Origin: an uncultured bacterium
Lineage (GTDB): Bacteria > UBA8481
Reading direction: 5' to 3'
DNA length: 64,000 bases
Assembly: GCA_964499705.1 (NCBI GenBank)
Contig: CAZCME010000019.1
Location: 1 to 64,000, forward strand
The notes under the pieces are model-generated. The model had not been told where the DNA came from. It was given only the letters and a program-made list of their open reading frames with translations, and did no database searches. The position numbers were made by a program, and so were the translations under genes. Each line of letters opens with the position of its first letter. Positions within the stretch are counted from its first letter, which is position 1. Shown here one piece after another: positions 30,001 through 43,300 of the stretch.

Positions 30001-30124
30001 CGAACCACGAAGGAACACAAATAGACACGAATATATTATTTAATAATTGAATTGTGAACGGTCGTAATCGTCTTAATAATTTCAAACAATCCATTCGTGT
30101 CTATTCGTGTCCATTCGTGGTTCG
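30001..30124. repeat. Intergenic inverted-repeat element with 32-bp arms and an AT-rich core
   Basis: Arms 30001-30032 and 30093-30124 match at 29/32 positions and are built from ACGAATAGAC-like subunits. Confidence 0.8.
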
Positions 30125-30236
30125 CTCCTCCTGATTGATCACGATTTGAAGCCGATTGGATTCCGGGACACGTAGCGACTTTGCAACGGTGAAGAGTGGA
30201 TAAATCGCGGAAGAATAGAGTGCGGCGGCCTTCCGC

Positions 30237-31316
30237 CTAAAAACGATAGCTGAGGCCCAGGCGATGATTGTCGCCGATCTTTCCGAAGGGAGTCCAGGTG
30301 TAGTCAACTTCCAAACCGTTGGACTGGAAGCCCGCTCCGAGCGTCATTCCTGACGTGCCGCGGTCGGTCGTGGTGCCCGGATCGTTATTGTCGATCTCGA
30401 CGGATCCGTCGTAGCCGACACGGACGGAGAACATTTCCGCGAGCGTGGCTTCGGCTCCGACATGCGCGCTCCAGTTTTCATCGGCGATCTTTTCGAAGTC
30501 GGCCGTCAGAAGAAAGGGCGCCCGGGCCGCTTCGCGGCGTCCCCACCACCAGCCTTCATAGGCGGCTCCGACACGGAATATGATCGGGAGGCGTTCGGTC
30601 GCGACATCGTATTTCACTTCCGTGCCGACGTTCCGGACGCTGGCTCCGATGGAGAACGGAGAATCGCCGGCTTTCCAGCGGAGACCGAGATCGACCGCGA
30701 AGGCGGCGGCATCGGCGTCATCGATCGTGGAGGAGTAGACTTTCGCGGTGGCGCCGTAGCCCCAGTTGGCGAGCTTCGCTCCGTACGCGGCGCTGACCGT
30801 GAAGTCATGGCCCGTGAAAGTGCCCTGGTTCGCTCCGGCACCGGCGGAGACCACGGTGCGCTGCGTCGTTCCGAAGTCGGTGTAGTTGACGAGGACGGAC
30901 CACGCCGAATGATCGGTCAGCGGCCAGGCGATGCCGAGCGAACCTTCGCCGACATCGAGCACGATGTCCTGATACATGAATCCGAGTTCACGTTCCGTCG
31001 TCCAGCCAAGCCCCGCGGGATTGTAGTGCGCGGCGGCGATGCCGGTCGCGTGCGCGGTGTATGCGTCGCCCATCGCAGCGGCGCGGGCCGAGGGTGAAAA
31101 GCGAAGAGAGAGTGCGGCGTTGGAACCGGCGTTGTCCTGCGCTGATTGGGATGGCAAGGCCAGGGAACCACAAAGACACAAAGACACGAAGAATAAATAA
31201 AAACAATTCATGAAATTCCAGGACAGAAATGATGCTTCACTTGGGTTGCCGTTGAAGCGAAATATCGTGACTTTGTGTCTTTGTGTCTTTGTGGTTAAAA
31301 CAAGCCCTCTCCTCAT
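30237..31316 (-). CDS. PorV/PorQ-family outer-membrane beta-barrel (copy 1)
   Basis: LRFSPSARAAAMGDAYTA..HYNPAGL motif, amphipathic beta strands, C-terminal LSYRF. ATG overlaps the giant-gene stop (ATGA). Confidence 0.85.
   Translation of the reverse strand: MRRGLVLTTKTQRHKVTIFRFNGNPSEASFLSWNFMNCFYLFFVSLCLCGSLALPSQSAQDNAGSNAALSLRFSPSARAAAMGDAYTAHATGIAAAHYNPAGLGWTTERELGFMYQDIVLDVGEGSLGIAWPLTDHSAWSVLVNYTDFGTTQRTVVSAGAGANQGTFTGHDFTVSAAYGAKLANWGYGATAKVYSSTIDDADAAAFAVDLGLRWKAGDSPFSIGASVRNVGTEVKYDVATERLPIIFRVGAAYEGWWWGRREAARAPFLLTADFEKIADENWSAHVGAEATLAEMFSVRVGYDGSVEIDNNDPGTTTDRGTSGMTLGAGFQSNGLEVDYTWTPFGKIGDNHRLGLSYRF
31166..31296. repeat. Inverted-repeat element (ACAAAGAC subunits) in frame within the PorV-1 signal region
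   Basis: 26-bp arms 31166-31191 and 31271-31296 with one mismatch and an AT-rich core. Confidence 0.85.
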
Positions 31317-34300
31317 CGTATCACCGCCAGCTTTCCTGTCACCCTGGAGCCCGATGCCAGATCGGTCACGACGTAGATGTAGTACCCGGATGCGACTTTC
31401 TCGCCGCTCCCGCTGTTCCGGACATTCCACGTCACGTATCCATCGTTGACGGCGGTCGTGCGGTCGAAGATGCGTTCACCGCGGAGCGTGTAGACTTCGA
31501 TGCGCACGCGGGCCGGGAGATTATCGAAGACGATGCCGGTGGTTCTCGGATTCGCGGCATCGTATTCCGCGCCCGTGGACGTCTTGCCGGCGTTGGGGCG
31601 GAAGGGATTCGGGTAGACCATGAACCGCGACAGGTTCGCCTGGTTGCCGGGACCGCCGCTGCCGGCCGCGGGTGCGACCAGGAGAAACGTCGAGAAGCGC
31701 GTCGTGGTCGCAGTGATCGTGCGATTCACCGTGTCGATCGCGATGATCGTCAACTGGCGGCTGTCGTTGTCGCCGGCCGAGGCGGCCCGCACGACGAGGC
31801 TTTCCGGCCGCAGGCTCGTTCCCGGAATGAATCCGGAATCGTTCAGCCTGGGGTAACTGAGCGTGATGGTCGCCGACTTGCCGTTAAGGAGCGTGGTCTG
31901 GCCTCCGGGCAGGGATATCGAGAGAGCGACGCCGATCGCCGTATCGCGCCCGATGGCGGCGTCGATCTCGTCCTGCTCGGTGGAGCCTACCGCGAGCCCC
32001 CTGAAGGCCGTTCCGGATCCCGTGTTGGAGCGTCGCGCGGCGCGAATAGTCGCGCTGCATCGTCCCTGCGCCGTGTCGCTCGTGGGATTCAGGGAATCCT
32101 TCGGCAGGCCGATGCCCGCGCGCGTATCGTCGCCAAGCTGGAGGTCGAGGTCGTTCCGGCGCCGGGAATCCATGTTGCGCTGCAAATTGGCGGAGCTGGT
32201 ATCGGAGTTCGACGCCTGATCGGCGTCGGAAGCGTTCGCTTTCAGCTCGATCAGGTTGACGGGCGTCAGGAGCGCGCTCGTGTTTCCGGATCGATCCGTG
32301 ATGAGGGCGCGGATATCGTAGATGCTGTCCGCCGATGTCGTATCGCCGATCGCATCCCAGTGCATGCCGTACACCGTCTTCGATTCGTCGCCGATCCTGT
32401 CGGGATTTCTCGACGCGGCGTTCGATGCCGCCTTCATCGGCCACCAGATGCCTCCGCCTTCGGGCCGGAACTGGAACGTGATCGTCTCCGCCAGGTTCCT
32501 GAAAGCGCCTTCCAGCCGGGCCTGGATCTGCACTCCGCCCGTTCTCTGCACGCGCCGTCCCGCCTCCGGATTGAAGATGACGGCGTAGCCCATCGTCGCG
32601 GAGCTGGACCGCGCCGTGGCTCCGACGGTCGCATCGTTATTGTCCTCGTTGCCCATGCCGTCCTGCGTGCGCACCTTGAAGCGATAGAAGGTGCCGTTGA
32701 CGAGGGTGGTGTCGTCGAGCGTAGAGTAGGTGTAGGTGTCGCCGCCGACGTGGTCGACGATCTTGAAGAGCGTGTCGGCCCCGGCGCTGTCACGGCCCTC
32801 GTTCCAGTAGATGTTGTACTGGCCGCCGACATCGAGATCCTGCGAGGGAGAACCGGTCCAGGTGAGCGTGATCCCGAGGGAATTATCCGCGACGGCGCGC
32901 AGGTCCGACGGAGGAATCGGGCGGATCGCGTCGGTCGGCGCGGGACGCGCGAAGCTTTCGGCCGTGGAGAACGCACCCTGGTTGCCGACCAGGTCCACTG
33001 CGGCAATGCGCCAGTAGAAAGTTCCCGTTTCGCTGAAGAGATACGTCGGAGTAAAGACGATCGATGAGCCGAGGAGCTGGCTCGAGAGAATGACGGTGAA
33101 GCTCTCGGAGCGGGACGCCTGGAAACGATACCGGCAAGTCGCGCCGGCCGGCCCTGTGTCGGAGACGGACGTGATCTTGAAGCTCGGCGCGGTCACGGTC
33201 GTGTTCTCGCCGTCCAGCGGGGAGACGAGCGTCGGCACGCCGTTGGGCGGCGTGAAGTCGAATGCGAAGGCGATCACCTGGCTCCAGGAGCTGTACGTCC
33301 CCGCGTTGGAGCGCGCGCGGACCCGGGCGGAGTATGTCGTTTCGGCGAATCCGGAGACAGAGAGCGATTGCGTCGTGGCGCTCGTGGTGATGGTCGTGTC
33401 GAGGTAGAGAACGGAGTTGAGATCGATGATCTGGAAGTGATAGCTGCCGAGACCGGACGCGGGCATGGAGCCAGTGTCTGACCAGGTGATCGTCAGCGGA
33501 GTCACGCGCGTGATCGTGTTATTCGCTGGCGTCGTGATGGACGGCGCCGGTGGGACGGATGTTTCGACGCGGAAGTTGGCGACGCCCGAGAAGTTGGAGG
33601 TGTTACCGAGCGTGTCTTCCGAGGCGACGCGCCAGTACCACGTTCCGGCTGTGAATCCAGCGACCTGGATCGAGCTTGTTGTGTCGGAGGTCTGCGAGCT
33701 GAAGATCGTCGTGGCGAAGGTGGAGTCCGTCGAAGCGCGGAAGAGGTAGCGGCGGAGAGGAACCGCGCCGGCGGCGACATCGGACCAGTCGAAGTTCAAG
33801 GTGGTGTCGGAAACATACTGACCGTTTATGGGCGAGGCTGTCGCGGGAACTCCGAGCGGCGTGGACAGAATCCGGAATGTGTCGACGGCGGACGTCGCGG
33901 TGTTTCCTGCGGTGTCCTCCGCGATAACGCGCCAATACCACGTCCCTTGAGAGAATCCGGAAACTGTGATGACCGTGCCGAAACCGTACGCGTCCTTGGG
34001 CGGAGCGGCGAAGGATCCATTCGTGTCGGCCTGGACGCGGTAGCGGCGCACGCCTGAGAGTCCGTCGGCGGCCGCTGTGAAGCGGAAGATGACAGCGGCC
34101 GTGGAGGTGTCTTCACCGGAGAAGGGCCGGATGAGCGGATCCGGTGTCGTGGGCGCTTCGGTGTCGACCGTGACGGTGCGCGTCGTCAGCGAAAGGCGAA
34201 TGTTCGATGCGGCGTCGACAGCGATGACGCGCCAGAAATGCGGAATGTCCGCGGGAAGGATCGCGTCGAAGGAATCAGCGAGCGGACCGACCGTGGAATC

Positions 34301-37300
34301 ATAGAGGGCGCTGCCGAAACCGGGATCGTCATCGATCTGGAACTGATACGCGGCGATCCCGGACTGCGTGTCCGACGAGAGAGCCCACCGGAACGTGATC
34401 GTCTCGACATTCGTGAAGGTGTTATGCACTGGAGACGTGAGCGAGAACGCGGCCGGCGGTATCGTGTCGCCCGCGCCGCCGCCCGTATCGATCGTGATCG
34501 TCTGCCATTCCGTGGTGAAGGCGTTCGTGGCCGCGTCGATGGATCCGACGCGCCAGTAGTACTGGCCTCCCGCGAGCGGAGTCGCGGGCCGATGCGAGAG
34601 CGTGTTCTGCGGCGCGTTGATGACGTAGGTCGGGCCGGATGTCTCCGTCGCGAGCTGGAACGTGAACGTATCGCGGGTCGGGACCGCCGCGTTGGATGTC
34701 CAGACGAAGACGGGCCGGGAGTCCGTGGTCGTGACGCCGTCGGGCGGCGAGAAGAGCCAGACGATGTTCTCCGTATCGACGGAGATGAACCGGGAGTCCG
34801 AGGGAGTCGACAGGCTGGCGGCGTTCACGGCGACGACGCGCCAGTAGTATCCGGCGTTCGCGTCCAGCGTCGCGCTTCCGGAAAGCGCCAGGCCCACGGA
34901 GGAATCGACGAGGGGAGCGAAGAAGTCGCCCCACTGGTCCACCTGGAGCCTGTACTCCGTGATGGTGGAGAAGGAATCGGTCGAACCGTTCCAGGAGAAA
35001 GCGATGCTGGCCGCGTTGGTCTCATGGGCGGCCGCAGGCGCGAGGAGAACGGGCGCCGACGGACCGGAACCGGCGATCGTGAGAATCCTCGAATCGGAGG
35101 CGATCGTCGCGCCGGCGACGTCGCTGGCGAGGACGCGCCAATAGTAGACGGCGTCGGTGGCGAGCGTCCGGAAGTCGGTCGTGGACGCGCCAATGTCGGA
35201 ATCGACGGCGAGGTTGGAGAAGAGCGGATCGAGCGCGAACTGGATCCTGTAACCAGCCAGGCCGGATAACGTGTCGGTGGAAGCGGTCCACTCGAAGAGA
35301 TTGTCGCCAGTCGTGACGACGGCGTTTGCCGCGGGTTGAACGAGCGCCGGCTTCGACGGCGGAATGAGGTCGAGCCGTACGAAATTCTCCTCGTCGGAGA
35401 ACGTGCTGTTGCCGATCGCATCGAAGGCGGCGACGCGCCAGTAGAATTCGTCCGTGCCTCCGCCCGCCGGCGTGAGCGCGGGCGTGAAGGAGCGCGAGAG
35501 CCCGGTGGAGGTATCTATCAACAATACCGAGAAGTCGGCGAGACGCGATAACTGGAGCTTGTATGCGGAGAGGCCGGATCCCGCGTCGGAACTGGCGGTC
35601 CACTGGAAGTTGATCGCCGCGACGCTGGTGTCATGACCCCAGGCCGGCGAGAGAAGGTTGAAGGGTGCCGGGGGATTGAGGTCGTAGATGGTGAAGGCGG
35701 CGGGCGCCAGCAGCGCGATCGCCGGGCCTGTATCCTTGAGAGAAGTCTTGATGCCGTTCACCGGAAGCTCCGCATGGACCGTTTCGCCGGAGGGCGCCGA
35801 GTCGCGGTAGGCGAGGACGAGAAGGAAGCTGTCCGCGCCCGCGGCGCCGAGCGGATGATTGATGAAGTTCAGCGTCCAGGTCTGGCCGGCCGCGCTGATG
35901 AGCGGCGTGACGAATTGTTCCGCGCCGGAATCGAAATCGCCGTTCTGGTTGAGGTCGCGGTAGAGAATGACGTACTCGAGCCGCGACGAGGCACCTGCTC
36001 CGCCGTTCAATTTCACGGTGAATTTCTGGAGCGTGTCGCCCGGTGCTCCGGTGACCGAGAATGACATGACACGATTGAGGTCGAGGTTCAACGGCGAGAT
36101 GGTTTCGGAGAACGTCGTTGGATTGACATTGATCCGGACCGCCGGCGAGAGGCCGCTCTCGATGATGAACGCCGACGGAGCGTAGAATGCGGACGGCGGT
36201 GTGGTGTCGCGCGTCGCGACCTTGATCGATGAGGGTGGGATGAACGCGCGGAGCGTATCGCCGCCGGGAGATGTGTCTCGGATCGAAACGACGATGAGGA
36301 ACGAATCCTGACCGGACGGACCGAGCGAATATTCGAAGGGCAGCGTGTAGCCGGTGCCGGCGGAGGGCTGTAGCTCCGTGATCATACCGTCGATGCCGTC
36401 CGTGAAGATCGCGTCCTGGTCGCCATCCTGGTACAGGTACACCGTGTCGAGCTGCGCCGGCGTGCCGCCGGGGCCTTCGAATGCGACGGAGAAGCTTGTG
36501 ATCGTGTCGTTCGGGTCGCCGCCGATCGTCATCGCCATGACGCCCGTCAGGTCGAGATTGACCGGCGAGATGGATCCTCCGGTCGGGCGCAGAGGATCGA
36601 CAATGAGCGTTGTCACGGCATTGGTGACGGTGAACGTGGCGGGCGAGAACTGGGGAGCCGGCGGGCCGGAATCGCGCAGGAGCGTGCGGATAGCGGTCGG
36701 CGGAATGAGGGCGCGGAGCGTGTCGCCGCTCGTCGCGGTATCGCGGAGCGTCACGAGGACAAGGAAGGAATCTGCGCCGGATTTGAAATTCGGCAGGAGC
36801 AGGTTGAGCGAGGACGATCCGAAGAGACCGGACGAGTCGGCCGGGAGGACGGCCGCAAGCGTGTCGAGGCCGGCCTGGAAGGAGCCGTTTTCATTTCCGT
36901 CGCGATAGAGGCCGACCGTGTCGATCGAGGCGGCCGAGCCCGCCGCGCCCTGGAGCATGACGAAGAATTGCGTGAGGGTGTCTCCGGAAACGTTGCCGCG
37001 GACCGTGAGCGCGAGAACGGTCGTGCGATCCTGCCCGACGGGGACGATGGAACCGCTCGTCGGCGACGTGGAGGAAACGGTCACCGTGACCGGCGGCGTG
37101 ATGCCCGCCTGCGGGGCGGCGGAGGCGATGGAATCGGAGTAGAACGACTGATTCGGGAAAGGAGCGGCGTCGATCGAGGAGACGCGATAATAGTAGAACG
37201 TGCCCGTGACGAGGCCCGAGTCGATGAAAGAAGTCGCTCCGGATCCGGCGGCTCCGATGACAGTCCAGAGATTCGTGTCCGCTGTGCGAGCGCGGTGGAT

Positions 37301-40300
37301 GCGATAGCCGGCAAGGCCGACCGTAGCGTGCGGTTCTTCGTTGGAAGTGACCGCCGACCATGAGACGGTGATCCTGTTGGTATCGAGCGTCGCGGCGTTG
37401 ACCGTGGCCGGCGCCCGGGGAGCGACTGTATCCGCGTTCGGCGCCGTGTCGACGGGACCGAGGCGGAAGGGCGAGTAGATGGCGGAGTCGCGGGCGCTGC
37501 CGGCTATCCTCGCCTTGATGACAATCGTGTCGGACGTGCCCCACCAGTTGCGCTGGAAGTTTCTTGACTGCGGCTCGGCGGTCAGGAGGATCGAATCCGG
37601 CCGGGCCGGTGCGCCTGACAGGCTGTTCTTTGTAAACGTGTCGGCGGTCGGGCTCTGAATCTCGATCGCCCATGTCCCGTTCGAATCGACGCGATTCTGC
37701 GTGACGATGTTCCGGAACGTGCCGGAGAAGAGAATTCCGAGCAGCGCGTTGTCATGAATATAGTTGCCGCGCAACTGGTTGGCGTTGCTGCTCTGGACCC
37801 AAAATCCGTTCTGCAGATTGCCGGCGGCGACATTATTCTCGATGATGCTCGTATCGAGTGAAGTCAGCGCGAAACCGTTATTGCCATTCCTGGTGCTGGT
37901 GTTTCCGCTGACGACCTGACGCGAACTGATGAGGTAGAATCCGTCGCCGATGTTGCTGTCCGCCGTGTTTCCCGTCGCGGAAATATTGGTTCCCGACAGG
38001 TAGATGCCGTAGCTGTTGTTGTTGTTGGAGTTGTTTCCGGAGATCGTGCAATAAGAAATGTTCGAAGTGATGAATCCTCCCAGTCCGTTTCCGGAAATCG
38101 TATTGCCGTCGATCAGGGAAGTGTCCGTGTTGGAAAGATACAGGCCGTAATTGGTATTCGAGGAACTGACGTTGCCGGTCACGCGAGCCGTGTCGGAATT
38201 GGAGAGATAGATGCCGTAGTTCTGGTTTCCGGTGACCGTGTTGCCGTCGACCATGGTGAGATCCGTGTTGGAAAGATACAGGCCGTAGTTCGAATTGGAA
38301 GCCGAGGCGTTTCCCGAGACGCGGGACGAGTCCGCGTTGGAGAGGTAGATGCCGTAATTCTGATTATTCGAGACGGTGTTGTTTTTGACGAGCACCTGCG
38401 GCGAATTGTCGGCGTAGATCCCGTAGTTGCCGTTGTTGGAGACGAGACTGGCCTGCGCGGTGCAGTTCGACGACGCCAGTAGATAGATGGCGTAGTTGGA
38501 GTTGTTCCGAAGGAGGCTGTTCTCCACGGAAACCTGGCTCGCGTTGTTCGCCCTGATTCCCATGCCCGGCGTGCCCCGCACGCGGCTGGACCGGATCAGG
38601 GTCTGAGACGAGCCGGACTCGATGAGCATGCCGATGAAGCCGTTCGAGTCCGAAGCGACGTCTTCGATCCGCGTCGCGACGGCGCCGGTCATGAGGATGC
38701 CGTATCTCCCGCGCGTGACCTGGAAGTTCCGGAGGTTCACGCCGACGACGTTCCTCACATGAACCGTCAAGGCGCTCAAGGCGCTCGTGTTGTTGAAGTC
38801 GAGGATCGTGGAAGAAGAATCCTTGCCGAGGATGCTGATCGCATTAACGCCGATGGTGACGGTATCCGGCTCCACGTAGACGCCGGCATCCATGACGACG
38901 GTGTCTCCCGTTGTAAGAAACGCTTCCACGTCGTTGAAGAACCGCTTCGGTGAGGACGGCGAGAGGCCGGTGTTCGCGCTGTTTCCGGCGGCGGAGGTGA
39001 AGCTGTCGCCGGATATCGATGTATCGTTGATATACCACGTATTGGGACCGGTTGTGTCGATGCCGCCGGGAGTCTGAGCCAAGGCGATCGAGTCGGAGAA
39101 GAAGGATTGATTCTCATTCGGTACGTGATTGTCGAACGCCGTCACGCGGAAATAGACCGTCTCACCCGCGTTCAGGTCGGTGTCGTCGTAGCTTGTCGAA
39201 CCAGGGCCGACCTGGCCGAGAATGTTCCATTGGCTCGTATCGGCGATTGAAGATTCGTAGATTCGATACCCCGCAAGATTGAGCGCAACCTCCGGATCCT
39301 CGGAAGACGTCACTGCCCTCCACGTGACCCGGATGGACGATGGCGACAATGCGGTCGCGGCTACGGTGTCGGGCGCGCGCGGGGCGATGGTGTCGGCTCC
39401 TGCCGCCGTGTCGACGGGACCGAGCCTGTAGGGGCGCCAGGAGTTGGCCGTGTCGCTGATCTTCGAACCGATCACGGACGTATCCGTCGATCCGAACCAG
39501 TTGCGGGTGAGCGTCTGGACGTTGCCGCTCCCGTTGTAGATGTTGTTCACGCGGTTGCCGAAGATGTTGTTGCGCCGCGCGACGTTGTTCGCGGATGAGC
39601 CCGTGATGCGGACTCCGGTGTCGTTGTTCAAGATATCGTTCTGGTAAACGAGATTACCGCTGGAACTGCTGATCGAGACGCCGGCGTCGAACGTGGACAC
39701 GAAATAATTGTTCACCACAAGATTGTTGTTCGATCCGCCGAACATCTGGATGGCGTCGTCGATGCTCGTCGTGGATATATTGCCCTGGACGGTGTTGCCG
39801 GAGCTGGCGGAAAGGAAGATGCTGACATTGCCGCTCTGGCGGCAAGTGTTGGAGCTCAATGTGTTGGAGTCCGACGCGCTTGTCAGATCGATGGCGTCAT
39901 CGGCGCAGGTGTCGATGGTGTTCGCTATGAGCGTATTCCGGGGGCTCGCGAGGAGCGCGATGCCGTCATCTCCGGACGCGAAGATCGTGTTTCCGCTGAG
40001 GCTGTTGGCGCTGGAGTTGTCGAAGAGATTGATGCCGTCGTCCGTGTTGAAGCGGAGCGTGTTGCCGGAAACCACGTTCTGGGAACCGAACGAGATGGAG
40101 ATTCCGTCGTTGCCGTTCGAAAGAAACACGCTGCTCGAGATCGTGTTCGTATCGGAACCGCCCGTCAGCGTGATGCCGTTACGGCCGTTGGAACAGAGGC
40201 TGTCCCGAAGGATCGTCGAGCGATCGACGTCGGAGAGATGGATGCCCTCGTAGGCGCCCGTCACGGCGAGATTCATGATCGTGAGCTCGACCTGCGTGTC

Positions 40301-43300
40301 GGCGAAGACGCCGTACAGTCCTGTTTCCGATGGAACGCCGGGCGGATCGATGATTGTCGAGATGGAGTCCTTGCCGATGATCCGGATGTTGTTAGTGTCG
40401 ATGACGACGGTCTCGGAATAAATTCCGGCGTCGACGTAGATCGTGTCTCCGGACCGGGCGACCTGGAGTGCGCGGGTGATGGAGCGGAAAGGAGCTTCAG
40501 ACGAGCCGGTGCCTGCGGTATCACTGCCCGGGGCCGTGGTGTAGATGCCACCGGTGGTGTCTCCGTCGTTGACGTACAGATTTGGTCCCGCCGCCGGTCC
40601 TCCGGCACCGCCGGAATCGGCGACGACTGCGATGGCCGCGCCGAAGAAACATTCGTTCGGCTGCGCGTTCACATGCTCGTGAGAGGTGACGCGATAGGCG
40701 TAGAGCGTGCCGGCAATGATGTCCGTATCGAGATATTGCGTGTCTGGCGTCTCGATCAACTGGTACTGCTTCCAGTTCGGCGTGTCGAGGGCATTGGCGA
40801 TGCGGTAGACCTGGTAACCGGCGAGTCCGGTCAGTGCGATTTGTTCTTCGTCCTGCGTCGGCGGCGTCCAGAAGAGACGGATCTGGCCGCCGACGGTCGT
40901 GTCGAGTTGAACGTTCGACGGCAACGCCGGCGCGATGGTGTCGTCGCCGGCGCCGATGTTGTTCTTCCCGAGGCGGAAGGGAGAATAGAGGATGGAATCT
41001 TTTCCGGAGCCGTGGCGGACGTCGCGGATCGCATTCGAGTCGGCGGTGCCCCACCAGTTCCTCGAGAGATCCACGACATTGAAGGTGTTGTTGATGACGA
41101 TCGAGTCGCCGGCGAGTGGCGTCTCGCCGGTGAGGTTGTTCTTCACGAACATGTTGGCGGCCGATCCGTTTTCGATGAAGACCTCGGCGGAGGAGACCGG
41201 GCCGCCGAAGTAGTTCATCCGGATCGTGTTTCCCGTCGCGCTGTCGAGATGGAGGTTGTGGCTCGTGTTCCACCGCAGCCAGCTGTGCTGGAGGATGCTG
41301 CCGCTGGAAGACTGCAGGAGCATTCCGGCGCCGGGCGAGTTGGAGTCGGAATAGATTCCCGTGAAGGTGTTGTTGCTCGACGACTGGACGGCGAAGCCCG
41401 GGCCGTTGTTTTCGAGCGCGCGGCAGGCGGAGAAGACGTTCGCGGTCGAGAACGTCATGAGTATGTATCCGCTCACGCCGTTTTGGTTCGCATGGCATGC
41501 GGTGAGTGTGTTCGCGGTGGCTCCGTCAATAACGAAGCCGTAGTTGGATGAGTTTGACGCCGTGTCGGCTGTGAGCATATTGCCGAGGGAGTTCAGGATG
41601 AGGAATCCGGAATTGTTGCTGAAGTCGACGATCGTTCCCGTCACGGTGTTTCCTATGCTTGTGTCCTCAAGCGTGAATCCGTACGAGGCGTTGCCCGAGG
41701 CGCGGTTGTTCGCGAAGACGGAGCCTCGCACGCTTAGATTCTGGAATCCCGTCGCGGTATTGTCGTCGGCGATGCAGGACTCGACCCGTTCGGTGTCGGA
41801 GTTCGAGAGGTTGAAGCCGTTGCCGTTCGAGATCGACTTGTTTCCGAGGAACGTGTCGCGGTTCGAATCCTGGACGCGGAACCCGTCTCCGTTCGCGTGC
41901 CGGCTCAGGCTGTTCGAGACGACGTTTTGCGAACCGAGGAGGAGGACGAGCCCCGCGTCGTTGTTGCCGTAGAGCGTCACATTGTCGATCGCCGCGCCGA
42001 TGACGCTAGTGCAGGATATACCGATGAATGCCGTGCGGACGCGCAGGTCGCGGATGCGGATGTTCTGTCGATTCGTCGCCGAGATGCCGTAGCGGGGAGT
42101 GCCCGCCGCGCTGTCGCCGGCGTCGATGATTGTGGCGGCGGAATCTTTCCCGGCGAGCGTCAGGCCGTGCGTGTCGATGACGACGGTTTCGAAGTAGATG
42201 CCGGCGTCGACGAAGATCGTCTCGCCCTGCTTTGCGGACTGGAGCGCACGGCGGATCGTGCGGAAAGGCGCCGCAGCCGAGCCGCCAGCTCCGTCGTTGC
42301 CGACATTCGAGGTGAAGCTGTCGCCGGTCGTCGAGGTGTCGTTCACATACCATGACGACGGAGCGACACCCTGGGCGGCGGCGGATTCGGAGTAGAAGGA
42401 GATATTGGTGAAACTCGTTCCGTTCGTGAGATGAGAATCGAAGGAAGCGACGCGGTACCAGTAAGGACCGGCGGCAGCCGAGCCGTCGATGAAGGTGGAA
42501 TCGGAAGGCCCGGCCACTCCGATGAGCGCGGGTTCCCAGTCGAGAATCGACGGGCTGTTCGCGCGATAGATCCTGTAACCGTTCACGGTTGCGAGAAGCC
42601 CACCATCCTCATCAAGGGTCACTGGGGTCCACGCGATCCGGATCTGGCCCGGGACGGACGAATCGAACGAGGTAATCGACGGAACGCCGGGCGAGACGAG
42701 GTCGGCGCCGGCCGCCGTGTCGCCGAGGGAGAGGCGAAAAGGTTTATAGACGGGATTCGTCCCCGCGATATTGAGAAGACCGGCGGAGTCCGAGGTGGAC
42801 CCATAGTAGTTGCGGCCGAGCACGATGCCGGCGGCGCCAAGGGAGAGATTCTGGCCGGCGTTGCCGAGGATGTTGTTCCGATAGATGACGTTCGCGATCG
42901 CCTGGCTGGGAATGTTGATGCCGTTGCCCGTGTTGCCGACGATGTCGCTCCCGCGCACAAGTCCTGTGTCGGATGGCGCGGCGCTCGAGACGAAGTCGAT
43001 GCCGTCTCCGCCCTGACCGGAGATGATCGAATGGGAGACGCGGAAGTTGCGCGGCGTCTCGTTGAAGTGGATGCCGTCGCCGGAGCCGCCCGAGATCTTC
43101 GTCTGGAAGAGCTGGACGGAGTCGGGAATGTGACCGGCGGGAACTTCGACGGCCAGGGCCGCGGAATCGATGCGGGCTCCGAAGAGGAGCACCTGCGAAC
43201 CGGATTCCACCTCGATGCCGTTCCAGCCGGAAATCGTACTGGTGAAGATAACCGGCGAATCGAGCGTGCCGATCGTCGTGAGTTTTCCGCCGGCGACGAT

